Shown: one piece after another, positions 19,610 through 28,687 of the stretch
Numbering within the stretch: the stretch's first letter is position 1
Layout: every line of letters starts with the position of its first letter
NCBI GenBank assembly: GCA_038882955.1
Contig: JAVZNC010000004.1
Location: 32,001 to 96,000, forward strand
Origin: Candidatus Bathyarchaeia archaeon
GTDB taxonomy: Archaea > Thermoproteota > Bathyarchaeia > Bathyarchaeales > Bathycorpusculaceae
DNA: 64,000 bases
Direction of reading: 5' to 3'
Position numbers and translations under genes: made by a program
Notes under the pieces: generated by a model
Database searches by the model: none
Told to the model about the DNA's origin: nothing
What the model saw: only the letters and a program-made list of their open reading frames with translations

Positions 19610-21088
19610 TCATCCCTTTACAACCGCTATCGGCACCATTCTGGCAACTTTCGTAGCAATTCCAACCTTGTCACTTACGTCGGCAACTATGTCAACATTT
19701 TTGTAGGCTGGGTCAGCCTCCTCGGCAAGCACCACAGAACTTGCAGACCTAACGTATATTCCCCGCTGTTCCAAGGCTTTCTTCACGTCTCCACCCCAGA
19801 ACCTCCTTTTCGCAGCATTTCTGCTAAGCATTCTTCCAGCGCCGTGTGCTGTTGAACCGAAGCTTATTTGCATGGCTTTTTCCGTACCAACCAGAAGCCA
19901 GGAGCTCGTTCCCATGCTTCCAGGTATAAGGACTGGTTGACCAACCACTCTGTAGTCTGCTGGGATTTCTGGATGAGTAGGCGGGAAAGCCCTTGTTGCA
20001 CCTTTTCTGTGAACCCAAACCTTCCGCTGCTCGCCGTTGACCCTATGATTTTCTATTTTCGCAATGTTGTGAGCCACATCATAAATGAGTTTTAAGCCGA
20101 ACCTTTCTGGGTCTTGCTTGAAAACTTGTTTGAAGCTCTGCCTAACCCAATGCATTATCGTTTGACGGTTTGCAAACGCATAATTTACTGCGCAAGCCAT
20201 CGCCTTGTAATAATCCTCAGCCTCGTTGCTGTTTCCAGGGGCGCATGCAAGCTCTCTGTCTGGTAGTACAATCTTGTATTTATGCACCGCCCTTTCCATA
20301 ACCCGCAAATAATCAGAACATATCTGATGCCCGTAGCCGCGGGAGCCGCAGTGAATCATTACCGTTACTTGTCCTTCGCTTTCTATTCCAAAAGCCTTAG
20401 CAGTGCTAGGGTCATAGATTCGGTCGACTTTTTGGATTTCTAGGAAGTGGTTTCCAGAGCCCAAAGTGCCGATTTGAGTTAGTCCCCTGTTCTTGGCTGT
20501 TGTTGAAACCTTGTCTGGATCCGCGTTTTTCATGCATCCGCGTTCTTCGCAGTGTTCCGCGTCCTCGTCCCACCCCAATCCTTGGTCGATTACCCATTGA
20601 ACGCCTTCAACGACAAGCCTATCCAAATCGTGTTCCGTAACCCTAAAGTCTTTTCTTCGGCTTCCAAGTCCACATGGAACATTATCAAAGATTACGTTTG
20701 TAAGTTCAACAAGTTTTGGCTTTAAGTCTTTTTCAGACAAGTTTGTTGTTAGTAGGCGGACTCCACAGTTTATGTCGTAGCCAACTCCGCCTGGGCTGAT
20801 TACGCCTTCCTCGTAGTCTGTGGCTGCAACGCCGCCTATTGGGAAGCCATAGCCTTCATGTCCGTCTGGCAGTGTGATTGCGTGTTTGTATATGCCTGGT
20901 AAGTGAGTAACGTTTACGCATTGTTCAAGCGTTCTATCAGTTTGCATTTTCTCAAGCAAGTCTCTGTTAGCGAATATTATTCCTGGGACTCTCATTCCCG
21001 GCTTATATTTTGGGATGCGCCATGTGTAATCGTCTATTCTTTCGAGTGGAACTTTCTCTGTTGGTGGGCGACCTTCGCCTTCTTCCAT
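19610..21088 (-). CDS. rtcB: tRNA-splicing ligase RtcB
   Basis: LPDGHEGYGFPIGGV, VGYDINCG, GTLGSGNHF, HCGSRG, HRKGATRA, HGAGR. Confidence 0.98.
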   Translation of the reverse strand: MEEGEGRPPTEKVPLERIDDYTWRIPKYKPGMRVPGIIFANRDLLEKMQTDRTLEQCVNVTHLPGIYKHAITLPDGHEGYGFPIGGVAATDYEEGVISPGGVGYDINCGVRLLTTNLSEKDLKPKLVELTNVIFDNVPCGLGSRRKDFRVTEHDLDRLVVEGVQWVIDQGLGWDEDAEHCEERGCMKNADPDKVSTTAKNRGLTQIGTLGSGNHFLEIQKVDRIYDPSTAKAFGIESEGQVTVMIHCGSRGYGHQICSDYLRVMERAVHKYKIVLPDRELACAPGNSNEAEDYYKAMACAVNYAFANRQTIMHWVRQSFKQVFKQDPERFGLKLIYDVAHNIAKIENHRVNGEQRKVWVHRKGATRAFPPTHPEIPADYRVVGQPVLIPGSMGTSSWLLVGTEKAMQISFGSTAHGAGRMLSRNAAKRRFWGGDVKKALEQRGIYVRSASSVVLAEEADPAYKNVDIVADVSDKVGIATKVARMVPIAVVKG

Positions 21089-21154
21089 TTTTTCACCTAC
21101 CCTATGAAGTGAGTTGCTAAAATATAAGGAATTTTGGTGTTTAAACCAAAACTT

Positions 21155-22084
21155 TCAACTTGCCAAACCCTTTTCTTTCTTGACAAAATCGATGAAGCCT
21201 TCCAAGCTCTCTCTCAATGTTGTCTCGCTTAGGATAGGATGTATTCTCAAATATTTTAGCGCTTTCTTAACAGCATCATCATGCTCAATTATCCTTTCCT
21301 TAATAGCTTCAAATTCCTCTCCATTTTCCACACCTTGTCTGGCAATGCTTTCCCAAAGCCGAATTTGCTTCGCATATGTTTGGAGTTTTTTAACGGCTTC
21401 TTCTGCCTTGCCAAAGTGGCTATAATACAGAAATTTTGGTTTCAAGTGCATCATTTTATTGATTGAATCTAATGCAACATTTAGGTAGAAGGGCATGGGT
21501 GTTGTGGGCACGATTACGCCAAGTGTGTTTAGGTATATACCCGCTGCGTCTCCGGTGAAAATTCCGTTGCTTAGTGGCTCATAATAGCACACGTGATGTG
21601 AAGCATGTCCGAGAGTTTCAACAATTTTAAGGGTGACTCCGTCTCCGACATCGATTGTTGCGTCGTCAACTGCTGGAATTATTCGCTCTTCTGGAACTGG
21701 TTCTGGGGCGCCGTAAATTTTTGTTATTTCTCCTAAAACTGCTTTTGATTGCACCCAAAGCTTTTCTGGATTAATTAAATGCTGCGCCCCCCTTGGATGA
21801 ACTATGACTTTTGTTTTTGGCAGATGCTTCATTAATGTTCCAACACCTCCACCATGGTCTAGGTGAATGTGGGAAAGCGCTACGTAAGCCACATTTTCCG
21901 GTTTGATGTTTAGCTGTTTTAGGCTTGAAATTAAATTTGGTATTGATGATGTTGGACCCGTTTCTATTATTGCTGTTTTTTCTCCTTTTAGGATGTAGCT
22001 GGCTATGAAATTTTCGATTCCAGCAGTTTCCAAATCTACTAGGTACAAGTAATCTTCCAGCTTTGTTATTTGCATCTTCATCAC
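21155..22084 (-). CDS. MBL-fold metallo-hydrolase
   Basis: SHIHLDHGGG, GHASHH, FTGDAAG, SHFG. Confidence 0.92.
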   Translation of the reverse strand: MMKMQITKLEDYLYLVDLETAGIENFIASYILKGEKTAIIETGPTSSIPNLISSLKQLNIKPENVAYVALSHIHLDHGGGVGTLMKHLPKTKVIVHPRGAQHLINPEKLWVQSKAVLGEITKIYGAPEPVPEERIIPAVDDATIDVGDGVTLKIVETLGHASHHVCYYEPLSNGIFTGDAAGIYLNTLGVIVPTTPMPFYLNVALDSINKMMHLKPKFLYYSHFGKAEEAVKKLQTYAKQIRLWESIARQGVENGEEFEAIKERIIEHDDAVKKALKYLRIHPILSETTLRESLEGFIDFVKKEKGLAS

Positions 22085-22383
22085 ACGCGCTTTCTGGAAA
22101 CATGGTTTCCATCTTTCACGTGTTTAAACGTTTTGTAATGAAACCTTTTAAATGCGCCGTGGAAATTTTCAGTCGTGGAAGCATGCTAATCAAAATAGTT
22201 CGGGAATTAACGCTAGAGGATGTTAGGGAGCGGATTAAAGGTTTTGAAAAGGATTTCCTTCCAGTGAAGGAAATGAGTTTCATAATACGCTGAAATGGGC
22301 AAATTACAAAGTCTAAAACATAACGCTTAATTATTGACCCTATTTTTAACGAAGTACAGCTAAGAATGTTAGGAATGAGGAAT

Positions 22384-23043
22384 ATGGTTAATGCGATAAT
22401 TTTTGGTGCGCCTGGTTCGGGGAAAGGCACTTATGCTTCGCGGTTGCAGTTTAGGCTCGGCGTTGATGTCATCGCCACCGGCGATGTTTTCAGGGAGATT
22501 ATGAAGGAGGATACGCCTCTTGGGCGTAAGGTGAAGGGTTATGTTGAAAAGGGTTTGCTTGTTCCAGACGATGTTGTCTTTGAAGTTCTAAAACAGCGTA
22601 TGGCAAAGATTCCAAGCGGCAAGGGCTTTATTTTGGATGGTTACCCGCGTACAATTGAGCAGGCGAAGGCTTTGGAGAAGATTGCCAAGATAGACGTGAT
22701 AATTCAGCTGATAGTTCCAGACTGGATAATCATTGAACGCCTTTCAGCGCGGAGGATTTGCAGAAAATGCGGAGAAGTTTACAACCTAAGATACTTGAAG
22801 CCTAAAGTGGACATGATATGCGACAAGTGTGGCGGCAAACTTTACCAGCGTTCTGACGACACTCCAGAAGTTATAAAGAGACGGATTGAAGTTTATGAAC
22901 AGCAAACTAAACCAATACTTGAATATTATAAGGAAAAAGGCATTCCATTCGTTGGATTCAAAACGGAATCGCTGGAGATGCCCCCCGAGGTTGCCGTGGA
23001 AGAAATCATCAAAGGCTTGAAAAAGCTAAAGCTAATCGCTTAG
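22384..23043 (+). CDS. adk: Adenylate kinase (bacterial-type, Zn-binding LID)
   Basis: GAPGSGKGT, GFILDGYPRT, CRKC...CDKC, QRSDD. Confidence 0.95.
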   Translation: MVNAIIFGAPGSGKGTYASRLQFRLGVDVIATGDVFREIMKEDTPLGRKVKGYVEKGLLVPDDVVFEVLKQRMAKIPSGKGFILDGYPRTIEQAKALEKIAKIDVIIQLIVPDWIIIERLSARRICRKCGEVYNLRYLKPKVDMICDKCGGKLYQRSDDTPEVIKRRIEVYEQQTKPILEYYKEKGIPFVGFKTESLEMPPEVAVEEIIKGLKKLKLIA

Positions 23044-23044
23044 G

Positions 23045-23482
23045 TTAAATGTCAAGTATAAACCTTAAGACGACTTTTCCAGGCTTTTTGATTATTTCCA
23101 TCATGTGGTATGTTATTGCTTTGACGCCCATCTTTTGCACATGCTTTTTTGGGTTAAATTTTTCTCCCCAAATTTTAGCCTCAAGTCTAAAACCATCTGA
23201 AGTCTTCGTTAGGCTTTGAATTTTAAATTTCGAGTAAAGCATCTCGTTTAGTTCAAATTTCACCAGCAAGGCTTCAAGCCAACTGTAAAGAAGCGCTTGT
23301 TCATCATGCGCCGCGACTTCCACACTATCACTAACCTTTGGATCAACGTTTTTTGTGTCAGTCATGACTTCGAACATGGCGAGGGCTGCATTTTCAAAGG
23401 CTTCAGTCAAGTCTCTACCATAAGCTGCAATGTAAACGTCTGCCGTGTGTTCCAGAAACTCGAAGCCTTTCTTTGTGTTCAT
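23045..23482 (-). CDS. Archease
   Basis: FEFLEHTADV...VKAITYH...ILDI. Confidence 0.95.
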   Translation of the reverse strand: MNTKKGFEFLEHTADVYIAAYGRDLTEAFENAALAMFEVMTDTKNVDPKVSDSVEVAAHDEQALLYSWLEALLVKFELNEMLYSKFKIQSLTKTSDGFRLEAKIWGEKFNPKKHVQKMGVKAITYHMMEIIKKPGKVVLRFILDI

Positions 23483-23548
23483 TTCAACATAAAAAAGTTG
23501 GCTTTGAATTTAAAATGATTGTGCTATTTTCTCCCAAAAAAGAGATGG

Positions 23549-24592
23549 TTAGAAGTATTTTGGAATCTTTTGTATCGCCGCGACTGTAAGTTTTACCGCC
23601 TTTTCCGCATCTTCCAAGCTTAATAGTGAAGTTGGACTGTGAATGTAGCGTGTAGGCACAGATATGACGCCGCTTGGCACACCTTCACGAGTTAACGCAA
23701 TACGCGCTGCATCTGTTGAGCCTGGCAATCCAGTTTCAAGCTGGTATGGAATCTTGTTCTCCTCAGCGGCGTCGATAAGCAAGCGTAAGACTTTTGGATG
23801 CGTAATCAACCCCATGTCTGCAACCTCTATTGATGGACCTTTCCTAAGCTTTATTGGAGCTTCAACCTCCTTTACGCCTGGCATGTCGCCTGCAACTGTC
23901 ACATCTAATGCTATGCCCACGTCTGGGTTTATTCCAAAAGCAGCTGTTGTTGCCCCCCTTAAGCCAACCTCCTCCTGCACTGTTCCAACAGCGTATAACG
24001 TGCATTCTGTGTTTTTGAGAAGCTGCATTGCCTCAACCATTACTGCACATCCAACTCTATCGTCGAAAGCCTTCCCCATAACAATGTCTTTGCCGATTCT
24101 TGCAAATTTTATGTCGAAAGCCACGGGGTCTCCGATTTTTACGCCCATTTTTTTGGCTCCTTCATGGCTTTCTGCACCTATGTCTATGAAAAGCTCATCA
24201 TATGTCATGATTCTCTTTCTTTCTTCTTCCTTCTGTATGTGCGGCGGTTTTGAACCAATAATCCCGTGCAGTGGACCCTTTTCCGTATATACCAGGACTT
24301 TTTGGGCTAGTAGTATGCGGTCGTCTATTCCGCCTATCTTCGCGAACTGCAAGAAGCCCTCTTTAGAGATAGTCTTTACTAGCAAGCCTATCTCGTCCAT
24401 GTGGGCTGCAAGCATGACTTTTGGCGCGTTTTTCTTCCCCTTCTTTATCGCTATAACGTTTCCAAGCTTGTCCTCCTTCACGTCGTCAGCGCACTTTTCC
24501 AGCATACTCTTCATTAATTTCCTAACTTCTTCCTCTCTTCCAGCAACTCCACATGCGTTGGAAAGTTTTTCTAAAGTTTCTGCAAGTCCCAT
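23549..24592 (-). CDS. M42 family aminopeptidase (TET-like)
   Basis: AAHMDEIG, KAFDDRVG, QEEVGLRGA, GSTDA, RYIHS. Confidence 0.95.
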   Translation of the reverse strand: MGLAETLEKLSNACGVAGREEEVRKLMKSMLEKCADDVKEDKLGNVIAIKKGKKNAPKVMLAAHMDEIGLLVKTISKEGFLQFAKIGGIDDRILLAQKVLVYTEKGPLHGIIGSKPPHIQKEEERKRIMTYDELFIDIGAESHEGAKKMGVKIGDPVAFDIKFARIGKDIVMGKAFDDRVGCAVMVEAMQLLKNTECTLYAVGTVQEEVGLRGATTAAFGINPDVGIALDVTVAGDMPGVKEVEAPIKLRKGPSIEVADMGLITHPKVLRLLIDAAEENKIPYQLETGLPGSTDAARIALTREGVPSGVISVPTRYIHSPTSLLSLEDAEKAVKLTVAAIQKIPKYF

Positions 24593-24760
24593 GCTTTTCG
24601 CCTCGAAATAATAGGCTAGAATCGTAAATATTTATATTAAACAGTTGCGGTATACAAAACCGAAACTAGTGTGGGATTGCATAATTTGCGTCCGAAAAGG
24701 TGCTGAGATAATTATTGAACAAGAATAGACTTTTAAACGTGTCAGGGTGGCGGCATAGAA

Positions 24761-25603
24761 TTGTCGTTTGAAATACAAGAGTTACCAGACATTATACGTG
24801 TCATCGCACTCTTAAGCCTAGGCAAAGGAGGCCCGCTAGACAAGCATTTGCTGAAACGTAGGGTAGACAAGTACTGTGCGGGCTACGTTTGCGTTGACAT
24901 AAGGGACATTGAAGAAGCATTGGAGGAGATGGGTAAAGAAGGCTTACTGGTTAATGATGGCGGGACTATCAAGCCGACTGAAAAGGGTTTAAGGCTGAGT
25001 AGGGAATGGCGCAATCTGCTTTTAAAAAGGGAGCCAATTTTAGAGGTTGTCGCTGGTTTAGCGGACGGTTCGATAACGGGGCTTGTGGCTGTTCTTTCAG
25101 CGTTTATAGCCAACTTACCAGCAAACACGGCGGCTTTCGCCGCAATTTTAAGCCTAGCAGCAGTTACAATAACAAACTTTTCCAGTTTTCTCTTGGGCGG
25201 AAAAACTGAAGATCTTGCAGATTTGCTCACGCTTAAAGCGTTGATAGACCATAGCCTAAGCGACATACCAGACAAAATTGAAAGGGGCAAGTCCCTAAAG
25301 CTTGTTAGGCAACTATTCATAATTTTGCGAAAGGAAATTAATAGGTCAAACATTTACGCTGCAGTAATAGCCAGTACAACAACATTTCTGGCTGGAATAA
25401 CACCAATAATCGCCTACTTAACGCTTCCAAAACCGTTCAGCCTAATCCTGTCGCTGGGAATAGTAGGCGCAATAATAGGCGTTTTTCTCGTGCGCTACCG
25501 CTCCCAAAAAACAAAGGTACATTGGAAAATAACCCTAGGCGAAACCATAGCCATAATCATAATCGCTGTCATAGCATCGCTAATACTCAGCGGAATCAAA
25601 TAG
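24761..25603 (+). CDS. Winged-helix domain fused to VIT1/CCC1-like membrane domain
   Basis: N-terminal wHTH ending ...KEGLL.....KPTEKG; VAGLADGSIT resembles VIT1 TM1 (GxxDG); about 5 TM segments. Confidence 0.6.
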   Translation: MSFEIQELPDIIRVIALLSLGKGGPLDKHLLKRRVDKYCAGYVCVDIRDIEEALEEMGKEGLLVNDGGTIKPTEKGLRLSREWRNLLLKREPILEVVAGLADGSITGLVAVLSAFIANLPANTAAFAAILSLAAVTITNFSSFLLGGKTEDLADLLTLKALIDHSLSDIPDKIERGKSLKLVRQLFIILRKEINRSNIYAAVIASTTTFLAGITPIIAYLTLPKPFSLILSLGIVGAIIGVFLVRYRSQKTKVHWKITLGETIAIIIIAVIASLILSGIK

Positions 25604-25645
25604 CAAAATTTTTGTCAAGTTCTCTTCACTTAAAGGTGTGGTCGT

Positions 25646-26353
25646 ATGCGGAGCTTTCAAGTAAGCTTAACAGCGGTGTTTGCAGCACTGCATGCCGTGT
25701 TATATTTTATATCGTTTGGTTTGTGGCGCAACTGGGGAATATACCTCGAATCCATAGAAGGCATAATCCTCGGTCCAAAATTGGGTTTTACAGCAGCGTT
25801 TATAGGCTCTTCAATTGCGCGAATGATAAGGCCGGACGAGCTTTGGATGTTCGGCATAATAGCCGAACCAGTAAGCGTTCTCGTGGCAGGTTTATTGGCA
25901 GAGACAAGGTGGAAACCAGTTTTAGGATTATACGCTATAACTTTATCAGCGTATTTCATCCATCCTTACGGAAACCCGTTTGGACAAGGTCTTCCGTTAT
26001 GGACAATTCTCGATGTATTATTTGCGCTTTTCCTTATCTATCCAACAGCCAAGTTTGGCGGAAATTTGCTTAACATGAATCTCAAGCGTTTACCAATTAA
26101 GTTGACGTTGATTTCTTTCGTTTGCATAGCCACAGACTCGCTAATTAGGATATTTCTTCTGGTTCCATGCGGTCTATACAACCTATTCTCTTACTTCAAC
26201 ACATTTAAAAATCTCTATGCTATTTTTGTTGAAGCTGCCACTGCCTCGTATATCGAAGATTCAATCGTGGTTATTGTTTCATTTACCGTGGGTGTGCCCT
26301 TGCTAATTAGCCTTTTAAAACTTAAGCTCCTTAAGAACGAACACAAAGAATAG
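25646..26353 (+). CDS. Integral membrane protein, ECF S-component-like
   Basis: About 6 TM segments; AVFAAL, GIILGP..GF.AAFIG pattern. Confidence 0.6.
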   Translation: MRSFQVSLTAVFAALHAVLYFISFGLWRNWGIYLESIEGIILGPKLGFTAAFIGSSIARMIRPDELWMFGIIAEPVSVLVAGLLAETRWKPVLGLYAITLSAYFIHPYGNPFGQGLPLWTILDVLFALFLIYPTAKFGGNLLNMNLKRLPIKLTLISFVCIATDSLIRIFLLVPCGLYNLFSYFNTFKNLYAIFVEAATASYIEDSIVVIVSFTVGVPLLISLLKLKLLKNEHKE

Positions 26354-26367
26354 CATTGCGAAACATT

Positions 26368-26595
26368 CTATTGCGGCGGTGGCGGTGGTGGTTGCTGCTG
26401 TTGTTGTTTTTGCAGTTCCAAATATTCTGTTATAAGCAGTACGCCTTCTATTATTAGGAATATGCCAACTATTATTCCGATTAGCGCTGGTATCAATATC
26501 ACTAGGATGCCGAAAATTATGCAGAGAACAGCCAGAACGGGCTTTGAAACTGTGATGCCAATTTTCTTTAAGCCTTTCTCTACGACTTCAGTCAC
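26368..26595 (-). CDS. DUF3096-like small membrane protein with poly-Q/poly-P tail
   Basis: IIFGILVILIP.LI.IIVGIFLII.G; probable GTG start at 26595 after GGGTGA. Confidence 0.65.
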   Translation of the reverse strand: MTEVVEKGLKKIGITVSKPVLAVLCIIFGILVILIPALIGIIVGIFLIIEGVLLITEYLELQKQQQQQPPPPPPQ

Positions 26596-26721
26596 TATGC
26601 TCACCCTTTTATGCAGTGTGGGAATTGCCTTGACTTTGGTATTTAAGCCAGTGGCTGTAGCATTCAATAATGACAATTTTTAAACGTGGCAACTGCAGTA
26701 TAAGTGAGAAGAGGTGTTGGT

Positions 26722-27681
26722 TTGCCTGAACAATTCAAAAAGGTTTTTATCTTTTTGGACACGGATAAACATGCAAGCCCATTCGACATACTGACAACAA
26801 TAGACGCCTTTCCAGACGCCACAATATTGAAGTATGAAAGCGTAACCGCTGAGGACGCTGAAAAAATAGTTTATGACGCCATGTTTCCAAGGGGACCAGA
26901 AGGTGCAAAACACACAAAAATTTTCATAAACGGACGCGACTTCAAAATGGTGAACGAGATTTTAGAAAGAGCCAAAAAATGCATGTTCCCACCATTTGAA
27001 CTTTCAGTAATAGTTGACCCGCGAGGAGCATACACAACAGCAAGCGCCGCCGTAGCAAAAACCTTGGAACTTTCAATTGAAAAGGGCTTTGGCGGACTGG
27101 AAGGCAAAAACGTTACGGTTCTTGCTGGAACTGGACCAGTAGGTCAGACTGCTGCGAGGCTTTATGCTTCTGAAAAGGCGAATGTCATTGTCACGTCGCG
27201 TGAGCTTCAGAAGGCTTCGTCCATAGCGGTGAAAATTAATGAGGAATTTGAAGAAGAACGAGCAAGAGGAGTTGGAGCTCAAACTCCAGATGAAATTGGA
27301 AAAGCCATAGAAAATGCAGATATAGTTTTATCTGCTGGCGCTGCTGGAACACAGCTGCTTCCCATAGAAGTGCTTAAAGAGTATGGCAGAAAATGCAAGA
27401 TAGTTGCTGATATAAACGCCATTCCACCATTAGGCGTTGAAGGGTTGAAGTCAAAGGCTGAAGGGGAAGAATTTCTGCCGAACGTTTTCGGGATAGGCGC
27501 CTTAACAATAGGAAAACTCAAAAACAAGGTTGAAGTTGAGCTAATTAGAAGAGCTGCTGAAGAGCCGAAAGGCATATTCGATTATAAGATGGCTTATGAA
27601 ATAGCCAAAAAGCTGGTAACTGAAAAACTTAAAGAGAAAAGTGGGCAAACAGTTGAGCCGCAAAAACATTGGCTGCCCTAG
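26722..27681 (+). CDS. NAD(P)-dependent methylene-H4MPT dehydrogenase (MtdB/MtdA-like)
   Basis: DTDKHASPFD, FPRGP.G..HT.IFI.G, DPRGAYTTA, GTGPVG, DINAIPP.G; TTG after GAGGTG. Confidence 0.88.
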   Translation: MPEQFKKVFIFLDTDKHASPFDILTTIDAFPDATILKYESVTAEDAEKIVYDAMFPRGPEGAKHTKIFINGRDFKMVNEILERAKKCMFPPFELSVIVDPRGAYTTASAAVAKTLELSIEKGFGGLEGKNVTVLAGTGPVGQTAARLYASEKANVIVTSRELQKASSIAVKINEEFEEERARGVGAQTPDEIGKAIENADIVLSAGAAGTQLLPIEVLKEYGRKCKIVADINAIPPLGVEGLKSKAEGEEFLPNVFGIGALTIGKLKNKVEVELIRRAAEEPKGIFDYKMAYEIAKKLVTEKLKEKSGQTVEPQKHWLP

Positions 27682-27695
27682 CGAAGTGATGCTTA

Positions 27696-28628
27696 ATGAG
27701 CGAAAAAAACTTTCTTTTTAAGGCTGAAAATGGCGTCGCATGCGAAATTGTTGACACTTTTGCGGAGATGTTTCCACTTTGGGCTGGACGCGTGCTAATA
27801 ACCGCTGACAGCGAAAAGTGGGCTTTGAAAGCCGCTGAAGTTGCGACGGGCTTCGCCACAAGCGTTATAATGTCTCCTGCGGAGGCTGGAATTGAGCGGT
27901 TTGTTTCGGCTGAAGAGACTCCAGACAAGCGTGTAGGTGCATTGATTCAAGTTTACAATAGGAATAGGCTTGAACTGAAAAATCAGTTGATACTGCGCAT
28001 AGGGCAATGCGTGATGACTTGTCCAACAACAGCCGCTTTTGACGCTATGCCAAACGCTAAAAGGCGCTTGAAGGTTGGCAGAAGCATAAGGTTTTTCGGC
28101 GATGGATTCCAAAAGAAAGGCATAGTCGGCGATAGAAAAGTTTGGAAAATCCCAGTGATGGAAGGCGAGTTCATAGTTGAAGACTCTTTTGGAGCTGCTG
28201 AAGCGGTTGCTGGCGGAAACTTCCTAATCCTAGCGAAAGACAAGGCTTCTGGGCTTGTGGCTGCCGAAGAAGCCGTTAAAGCCATAAAAGCAAAAGCAAA
28301 GGACGTGATTCTCCCATTTCCAGGCGGCATCTGCCGTTCTGGCTCAAAGGCTGGCTCTTTGAAGTACAAGCTTAAGGCATCGACGAATCATCCGTTCTGT
28401 CCAAGCTTAAAGGCTGTTGTTCAGGATTCGCAGTTGCCGCAAAACGTTAATTGCGTTTACGAGATTGTGATTAATGGCTTAACGGTGGACGCGGTTAAGA
28501 GAGCTATGGGGATTGGAGTTAAGGCGGCTGCTGGCGTTCCTGGAGTTGTTAGGATTTCGGCTGGCAACTATGGCGGAAGGCTTGGTCCATACAAGGCTTT
28601 TCTAAAAGAAGTTTTGGAAATCGTCTAG
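27696..28628 (+). CDS. ftr: Formylmethanofuran:H4MPT formyltransferase
   Basis: DTFAEMF, TGFATSVI, RIGQCVMTCPTTA, PFPGGICRSGSK, SAGNYGG.LGP. Confidence 0.95.
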   Translation: MSEKNFLFKAENGVACEIVDTFAEMFPLWAGRVLITADSEKWALKAAEVATGFATSVIMSPAEAGIERFVSAEETPDKRVGALIQVYNRNRLELKNQLILRIGQCVMTCPTTAAFDAMPNAKRRLKVGRSIRFFGDGFQKKGIVGDRKVWKIPVMEGEFIVEDSFGAAEAVAGGNFLILAKDKASGLVAAEEAVKAIKAKAKDVILPFPGGICRSGSKAGSLKYKLKASTNHPFCPSLKAVVQDSQLPQNVNCVYEIVINGLTVDAVKRAMGIGVKAAAGVPGVVRISAGNYGGRLGPYKAFLKEVLEIV

Positions 28629-28687
28629 GCTTCTTTTCCATCCTAAACTTTTATTTGACACCATGTTATCTAGCTTTTGGCTAAAAC

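Noticed and set aside
23664-24611. Long antisense ORFs (also 39216-39977, 3935-4513, 8288-8842, 61523-62053)
   Set aside because: They mirror well-supported genes on the opposite strand and have no motifs.
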